DNA of 32,000 nucleotides from Mycobacterium tuberculosis H37Rv (GTDB lineage Bacteria; Actinomycetota; Actinomycetes; Mycobacteriales; Mycobacteriaceae): NCBI RefSeq assembly GCF_000195955.2, contig NC_000962.3, positions 1,080,001 to 1,112,000 of the forward strand, read 5' to 3'. Shown piece by piece: positions 27,443 to 32,000 of this stretch (position 1 is its first letter; each line of letters starts with the position of its first letter). The notes under the pieces were generated by a model. It saw only the letters and a program-made list of their open reading frames with translations, ran no database searches and was not told where the DNA came from. The position numbers and the translations under genes were made by a program.

Positions 27443-28099
27443 TCAGTGCAGGGTCAGCGTCACCGTCTGACCCAGCGCCGCACCGGCTACCGTATTGGCC
27501 AGCCGGGCTGGCAGCGCCACCAAAACGACCCGGTCACTATCAGCCGCCTGGGCCTTCTGCTGGGCCGAGACCAGGACCACGATGGCGTCGGTGGCCAAGA
27601 GCCGTAGAGCTGCCGGCGAATCGGTTACCGGCGCGGCCAGCACGTCGACCACATCCCCGACCCGAACAAGGTCGACCAAAGCGCTGTCAGCCAGATGCAG
27701 CGGCACGATGCGGGCGTCCGGGCCGGCAGTCGACTCGGCCAACCGGCTGCCCAGTAAACGCACGTCGGTGAGCACCTCGCCACGGCGTGTCGGGCTGGCC
27801 AGCGTCGAACCCACCACTGCGTCCAGGTCAGCTTGCGACCCGTCGGGAAGCGTGGTGGCCGAACGTTTTTCCAGCCTGACATCACCGGGAGTCAATGCGG
27901 TACCGGGGCGCAGATCGTGCGCGGCCACCACCACCTCGGAGCGATCATCCTCTGGATTGGACCGCAGCGCCGCAACGCCGGCCAGCATGACCAGCCCGGC
28001 CGCGGCGAAGCGCCGGGCCCGCACGGTCCGGGTCCAGTCCGGGCGCAAAAACGCCGATATCCGGCTGACCAGGCTCGGATTCAGGGAGGATTCCGCCAC
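27443..28099 (-). CDS. Rv0990c: membrane-anchored SAF-domain (CpaB-like) protein, function unknown
   Basis: 218-aa ORF with an N-terminal TM segment (FAAAGLVMLAGVAAL) followed by a SAF-like segment (VVVAAHDLRPGTALTPGDVRLEKR). The domain call is from memory and carries moderate certainty. Confidence 0.7.
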   Translation of the reverse strand: MAESSLNPSLVSRISAFLRPDWTRTVRARRFAAAGLVMLAGVAALRSNPEDDRSEVVVAAHDLRPGTALTPGDVRLEKRSATTLPDGSQADLDAVVGSTLASPTRRGEVLTDVRLLGSRLAESTAGPDARIVPLHLADSALVDLVRVGDVVDVLAAPVTDSPAALRLLATDAIVVLVSAQQKAQAADSDRVVLVALPARLANTVAGAALGQTVTLTLH

Positions 28100-28171
28100 A
28101 CCGCAAACGGTAGGCGCAGCGCCGTGCTAGGCAGCGCCGGTCAGAAATCCCCTTGTGGATAACCTCTCAAC

Positions 28172-28504
28172 TCAGACGGCCGCGGCGGCGGTTGTGGAGC
28201 TGGTTGACTTCTCGGTTGACCCCGAAGCCTTGCTTTCACTCGAGCCAGAACTCCCCGAACTCCCCGAACTCTTCGTCGACTCGCTGGTCGAGGATCCGTT
28301 GGTCTGGCTCTTGGACTTCTTGCCCGACTCGCGGCTGTCGGTGCGGTAGAAGCCGGTGCCTTTGAACACCACGCCGACCGCATTGAACAGCTTGCGCAGC
28401 CGGCCAGAACACCGCTCGCACGTGGTCAGCGCATCGTCGGTGAAGGCCTGCACAACATCGAAGCGGTTGGCGCACTGGGTGCACTCGTAGCTGTAGGTTG
28501 GCAC
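28172..28504 (-). CDS. ruc: zinc-ribbon (FmdB-type, CxxC...CxxC) protein with a Ser-rich disordered C-terminus; redox-regulated chaperone
   Basis: GTG 28504 starts VPTYSYECTQCANRFDVVQAFTDDALTTCERCSG, which contains four Cys. The tail reads SGKKSKSQTNGSSTSESTKSSGSSGSSGSSES. Recognised as Rv0991c. Confidence 0.85.
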   Translation of the reverse strand: MPTYSYECTQCANRFDVVQAFTDDALTTCERCSGRLRKLFNAVGVVFKGTGFYRTDSRESGKKSKSQTNGSSTSESTKSSGSSGSSGSSESKASGSTEKSTSSTTAAAAV

Positions 28505-28531
28505 AAGAACCTCCGGAAATGTCACTCGGCG

Positions 28532-28558
28532 TTAGCACTCTACCGTCTCAAGTGCTAG
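28532..28558 (-). promoter_or_regulatory. CIRCE (HrcA operator) inverted repeat upstream of ruc
   Basis: The + strand reads TTAGCACTC-TACCGTCTC-AAGTGCTAG. Against the consensus TTAGCACTC-N9-GAGTGCTAA, the left arm matches 9/9 and the right arm 7/9. It lies 28-54 nt upstream of the ruc GTG. Confidence 0.8.
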
Positions 28559-28577
28559 AACCGCTAGGTGAGTTCCG

Positions 28578-29171
28578 TCATTCCCCGCACGGCAGCGCGA
28601 TCAGCCCGCGCTCCGGTGTGAGCGCATGAGTCATGGGTACGTCGTGCGGCTCCGACGGCAACACGTCGACCAGTTCGACAGTGCGCACCACCGCGACTAG
28701 ACGAGCGTGCGGGTCGCGGCACCGCAGCGAGCGATCGTAGAAGCCGCGACCTCGGCCCAGTCGCACGCCCTGGCGGTCGACAGCCAGCGCCGGCACCAGC
28801 ACCAAGCTGGCCTGCGCCAGCGCGGCTTCCGGCAGCCAAGGTTCGGGTGGTTCGAGCAGTCCCCAGCGTGCGCGCGCGAGTCCGCCGGCACGGTACTCGC
28901 CCCACCGCAACGGCAACGGGAGGTCACCGCCGGCGGTGCGCGCCACCGGCAACAGCACTCGCCCCGCGCGGCGCAGCAACACATCCAACATCTCGATTGA
29001 CCCCGGCTCGCCGCCTACCGGCACATACGCGCAGACGGTGCTGTCGCTGGTGACCATGCGCTCCAGGTGTCCACGCAACATCCGGGCCTCGGCGGCGCGC
29101 ACGTCGTCGGCAACGCGGCGTCGGGCCGCCAGGAGCTGGTCGCGCAACGCCGACTTGCTCGCCATCGCCAT
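28578..29171 (-). CDS. Rv0992c: 5-formyltetrahydrofolate cyclo-ligase family protein
   Basis: Starts MAMASKSALRDQLLAARR. Carries the motifs YVPVGGEPG and GVRLGRGRGFYDRSL. The long track ORF upstream is an extension running antisense to galU. Confidence 0.85.
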   Translation of the reverse strand: MAMASKSALRDQLLAARRRVADDVRAAEARMLRGHLERMVTSDSTVCAYVPVGGEPGSIEMLDVLLRRAGRVLLPVARTAGGDLPLPLRWGEYRAGGLARARWGLLEPPEPWLPEAALAQASLVLVPALAVDRQGVRLGRGRGFYDRSLRCRDPHARLVAVVRTVELVDVLPSEPHDVPMTHALTPERGLIALPCGE

Positions 29172-29271
29172 GTCCTCAACGATGACACAGCCCCGGCCGT
29201 CCCGCGCGAGCGCCGGGACAGCGCCAACGAAGAGGCGGGCAATCAGCACGCTGCGGGTTATCGTGTGAACG

Positions 29272-30192
29272 ATGTCACGCCCAGAAGTACTAACGCCGTT
29301 CACGGCAATCGTCCCGGCAGCCGGCCTGGGTACGCGCTTTCTGCCGGCCACCAAGACGGTGCCCAAGGAGCTGCTGCCCGTCGTCGACACTCCCGGTATC
29401 GAGCTGGTGGCCGCCGAGGCGGCCGCGGCCGGTGCCGAACGGCTGGTGATCGTCACCTCCGAGGGTAAGGACGGGGTGGTCGCGCATTTCGTGGAAGACC
29501 TGGTGCTGGAGGGCACGCTCGAGGCCCGAGGCAAGATCGCCATGCTGGCCAAGGTGCGTCGCGCCCCGGCACTGATCAAGGTCGAATCCGTGGTGCAGGC
29601 CGAGCCGCTGGGACTGGGACACGCCATCGGCTGTGTGGAGCCGACGCTGTCGCCCGACGAAGACGCTGTCGCGGTGCTGCTGCCTGACGACCTGGTGCTG
29701 CCGACCGGCGTCCTGGAGACGATGTCGAAGGTGCGAGCCAGCAGGGGCGGCACCGTGCTGTGTGCTATCGAGGTGGCGCGCGAGGAGATCAGTGCCTACG
29801 GGGTTTTCGATGTCGAGCCGGTCCCCGATGGTGACTACACCGACGATCCCAACGTGCTGAAGGTCAGGGGCATGGTCGAAAAGCCCAAGGCCGAAACGGC
29901 GCCGTCGAGGTATGCGGCGGCCGGCCGCTACGTTCTAGACCGTGCCATCTTCGATGCGTTACGCCGCATCGACCAGGGTGCAGGCGGTGAAGTGCAGCTC
30001 ACCGATGCGATCGCGCTGCTGATTGCCGAGGGCCATCCCGTCCATGTCGTCGTCCACCAAGGGTCCCGACACGACCTGGGAAATCCGGGCGGGTACCTCA
30101 AGGCTGCGGTTGACTTTGCATTGGATCGTGACGACTACGGCCCGGACTTGCGGCGATGGTTGGTGGCGCGACTGGGTCTGACAGAGCAGTAG
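29272..30192 (+). CDS. galU: UTP-glucose-1-phosphate uridylyltransferase
   Basis: 306 aa with the N-terminal nucleotidyltransferase motif VPAAGLGTRFLPATKTVPKE. Confidence 0.93.
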   Translation: MSRPEVLTPFTAIVPAAGLGTRFLPATKTVPKELLPVVDTPGIELVAAEAAAAGAERLVIVTSEGKDGVVAHFVEDLVLEGTLEARGKIAMLAKVRRAPALIKVESVVQAEPLGLGHAIGCVEPTLSPDEDAVAVLLPDDLVLPTGVLETMSKVRASRGGTVLCAIEVAREEISAYGVFDVEPVPDGDYTDDPNVLKVRGMVEKPKAETAPSRYAAAGRYVLDRAIFDALRRIDQGAGGEVQLTDAIALLIAEGHPVHVVVHQGSRHDLGNPGGYLKAAVDFALDRDDYGPDLRRWLVARLGLTEQ

Positions 30193-30268
30193 CCTGGCGA
30201 CGATACGGCACGGACGGTTCCGGGGTGGGGGATGCCCGGCCCCATGGCTCGACGGAAAGGCGGGCGCT

Positions 30269-31549
30269 GTGCGTTCTGTGGAGGAGCAGCAGGCTCGGAT
30301 ATCGGCCGCTGCGGTAGCCCCGAGGCCGATACGCGTTGCGATCGCCGAGGCGCAGGGATTGATGTGCGCCGAAGAAGTGGTCACCGAACGTCCAATGCCC
30401 GGTTTTGATCAGGCCGCCATCGACGGCTACGCGGTGCGCAGTGTCGATGTGGCCGGTGTCGGTGATACCGGTGGTGTCCAAGTCTTTGCCGACCACGGCG
30501 ATCTTGACGGTCGCGACGTGCTGACCCTACCGGTGATGGGAACCATCGAAGCCGGAGCGCGCACCCTGAGCAGGTTGCAGCCTCGCCAAGCGGTCCGGGT
30601 GCAGACCGGCGCGCCGCTTCCCACCCTGGCCGATGCGGTCCTGCCGTTGCGGTGGACCGATGGCGGAATGTCTCGGGTGCGGGTGCTGCGCGGGGCGCCG
30701 TCGGGCGCCTACGTGCGGCGTGCGGGCGACGACGTGCAGCCCGGTGATGTGGCGGTGCGCGCGGGGACGATCATCGGCGCAGCCCAGGTGGGGTTGCTGG
30801 CGGCGGTCGGCCGTGAACGGGTGCTGGTGCACCCTCGTCCGCGGCTGTCGGTGATGGCCGTCGGGGGCGAGTTGGTCGACATCTCGCGGACCCCGGGCAA
30901 CGGGCAGGTTTATGACGTCAACTCCTATGCCTTGGCTGCGGCGGGCCGGGATGCCTGTGCGGAGGTGAACCGGGTTGGCATCGTCAGCAACGACCCTACG
31001 GAACTTGGCGAAATCGTCGAGGGCCAGCTCAATCGGGCTGAGGTCGTGGTGATCGCCGGCGGGGTGGGCGGTGCGGCGGCAGAAGCGGTCAGGTCGGTGC
31101 TTTCCGAGCTCGGTGAGATGGAGGTCGTGCGGGTCGCCATGCATCCGGGATCCGTGCAGGGCTTCGGACAGCTCGGCCGTGATGGTGTACCGACCTTTCT
31201 GCTGCCGGCCAACCCGGTCAGCGCCCTGGTGGTCTTCGAGGTGATGGTTCGGCCGCTGATCCGGCTGTCGCTGGGTAAACGGCATCCGATGCGACGGATC
31301 GTGTCGGCGCGCACGCTGTCGCCGATCACGTCGGTGGCCGGGCGCAAGGGCTACCTGCGTGGCCAGTTGATGCGTGATCAGGACAGCGGCGAGTACCTGG
31401 TGCAGGCGCTGGGCGGCGCTCCGGGGGCGTCATCGCACCTGCTCGCGACGCTTGCCGAAGCGAACTGTCTGGTTGTGGTTCCCACCGGGGCCGAGCAGAT
31501 TCGCACGGGTGAGATCGTGGATGTCGCCTTCCTGGCTCAGCACGGCTGA
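30269..31549 (+). CDS. moeA1: molybdopterin molybdenumtransferase
   Basis: 426 aa with a GTG start. Shows MoeA family features throughout (FDQAAIDGYAV, MoCF biosynthesis domain). Confidence 0.9.
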   Translation: MRSVEEQQARISAAAVAPRPIRVAIAEAQGLMCAEEVVTERPMPGFDQAAIDGYAVRSVDVAGVGDTGGVQVFADHGDLDGRDVLTLPVMGTIEAGARTLSRLQPRQAVRVQTGAPLPTLADAVLPLRWTDGGMSRVRVLRGAPSGAYVRRAGDDVQPGDVAVRAGTIIGAAQVGLLAAVGRERVLVHPRPRLSVMAVGGELVDISRTPGNGQVYDVNSYALAAAGRDACAEVNRVGIVSNDPTELGEIVEGQLNRAEVVVIAGGVGGAAAEAVRSVLSELGEMEVVRVAMHPGSVQGFGQLGRDGVPTFLLPANPVSALVVFEVMVRPLIRLSLGKRHPMRRIVSARTLSPITSVAGRKGYLRGQLMRDQDSGEYLVQALGGAPGASSHLLATLAEANCLVVVPTGAEQIRTGEIVDVAFLAQHG

Positions 31550-31569
31550 GCCGAACCACGGCGACTCTG

Positions 31570-32000
31570 GTGAACTTATGGCGCTCGAATCCCCGGCATC
31601 CGGGATGGCCGATGGCCGTCGGGCCGCTGCGGGTCTCGGCAGGCGTGATTCGGCTGCGGCCGGTGCGGATGCGTGACGGCGTGCATTGGAGCCGGATCCG
31701 GTTGGCCGACCGTGCACATCTTGAGCCGTGGGAGCCCAGCGCGGACGGCGAGTGGACCGTCCGGCACACGGTTGCTGCCTGGCCGGCGGTGTGTTCGGGT
31801 CTGCGTTCGGAGGCTCGCAACGGCCGCATGCTGCCGTACGTGATCGAGCTGGATGGGCAGTTCTGCGGCCAGTTGACCATCGGCAATGTCACCCACGGGG
31901 CCTTGCGGTCGGCCTGGATCGGCTATTGGGTACCAAGCGCGGCCACTGGCGGAGGGGTGGCCACCGGAGCGTTGGCGTTGGGTCTCGACCACTGCTTCGG
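31570..32000 (+). CDS. rimJ: GNAT-family ribosomal-protein N-acetyltransferase, N-terminal part (3' end outside window)
   Basis: Frame-1 reading frame open from GTG 31570 (VNLWRSNPRHPGWPMAVGPLRVSAGVIRLRPVRMRD...) to the window end; ATG 31612 is an alternative start. GNAT-like YVIELDGQFCGQLTIGNV...WIGYWV. It is absent from the ORF track because it has no stop within the window. Confidence 0.8.
   Translation, partial: MNLWRSNPRHPGWPMAVGPLRVSAGVIRLRPVRMRDGVHWSRIRLADRAHLEPWEPSADGEWTVRHTVAAWPAVCSGLRSEARNGRMLPYVIELDGQFCGQLTIGNVTHGALRSAWIGYWVPSAATGGGVATGALALGLDHCF

Noticed and set aside
28155..28349. Acidic 64-aa plus-strand ORF (…EPELPELPELFVDSLVEDP…) opposite the ruc tail.
   Set aside because: It is the mirror image of the Ser/Gly-rich coding repeat on the minus strand. 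The minus-strand gene has a clear zinc-ribbon domain, a start context and a CIRCE element.

Overview
From memory (no search run), this window is Mycobacterium tuberculosis complex chromosome, matching the H37Rv interval Rv0969 (ctpV, 3' part) to Rv0995 (rimJ, 5' part). It has very high G+C and three PE_PGRS genes.

Gene content, left to right:
- The end of the copper (cso) operon: ctpV and Rv0970.
- A six-gene minus-strand acyl-CoA carboxylase/dehydrogenase/hydratase operon: Rv0976c, fadE13, accD2, accA2, fadE12, echA7. Every gene junction is a stop/start overlap or at most a 5-nt gap.
- PE_PGRS16, which carries a C-terminal aspartic-protease domain.
- A near-tandem duplicated block carrying PE_PGRS17 and PE_PGRS18, with rpmF between them.
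- The stress operon mprA-mprB-pepD-moaB2, with two MprA direct-repeat boxes.
- mscL.
- A visibly lower-G+C, A/T-codon-rich three-gene block (Rv0986 ABC ATPase, Rv0987 double-FtsX permease, Rv0988 CrtC/AttH-like protein). This is the known horizontally acquired island.
- grcC2, Rv0990c, Rv0991c (ruc) preceded by a CIRCE element, Rv0992c, galU, moeA1 and the start of rimJ.

The most interesting thing I can read directly is the scar of the PE_PGRS17/18 duplication. The spacer between the two copies holds a decayed internal pepD fragment fused to a 14-codon PE_PGRS16-type 3' end. Copy A also keeps only the leader and first 22 codons of rpmF. This fits a tandem duplication of about 5.4 kb (PE_PGRS16 tail through mid-pepD) followed by deletions.

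Other points worth a second look:
- The AtuA-like gene heading the carboxylase operon.
- Degenerate catalytic motifs in GrcC2.
- A Met-rich loop in Rv0970.
- Three versus four YVTN blades in PE_PGRS17 and PE_PGRS18.

No tRNA, rRNA, CRISPR array, IS element or integrase was found.
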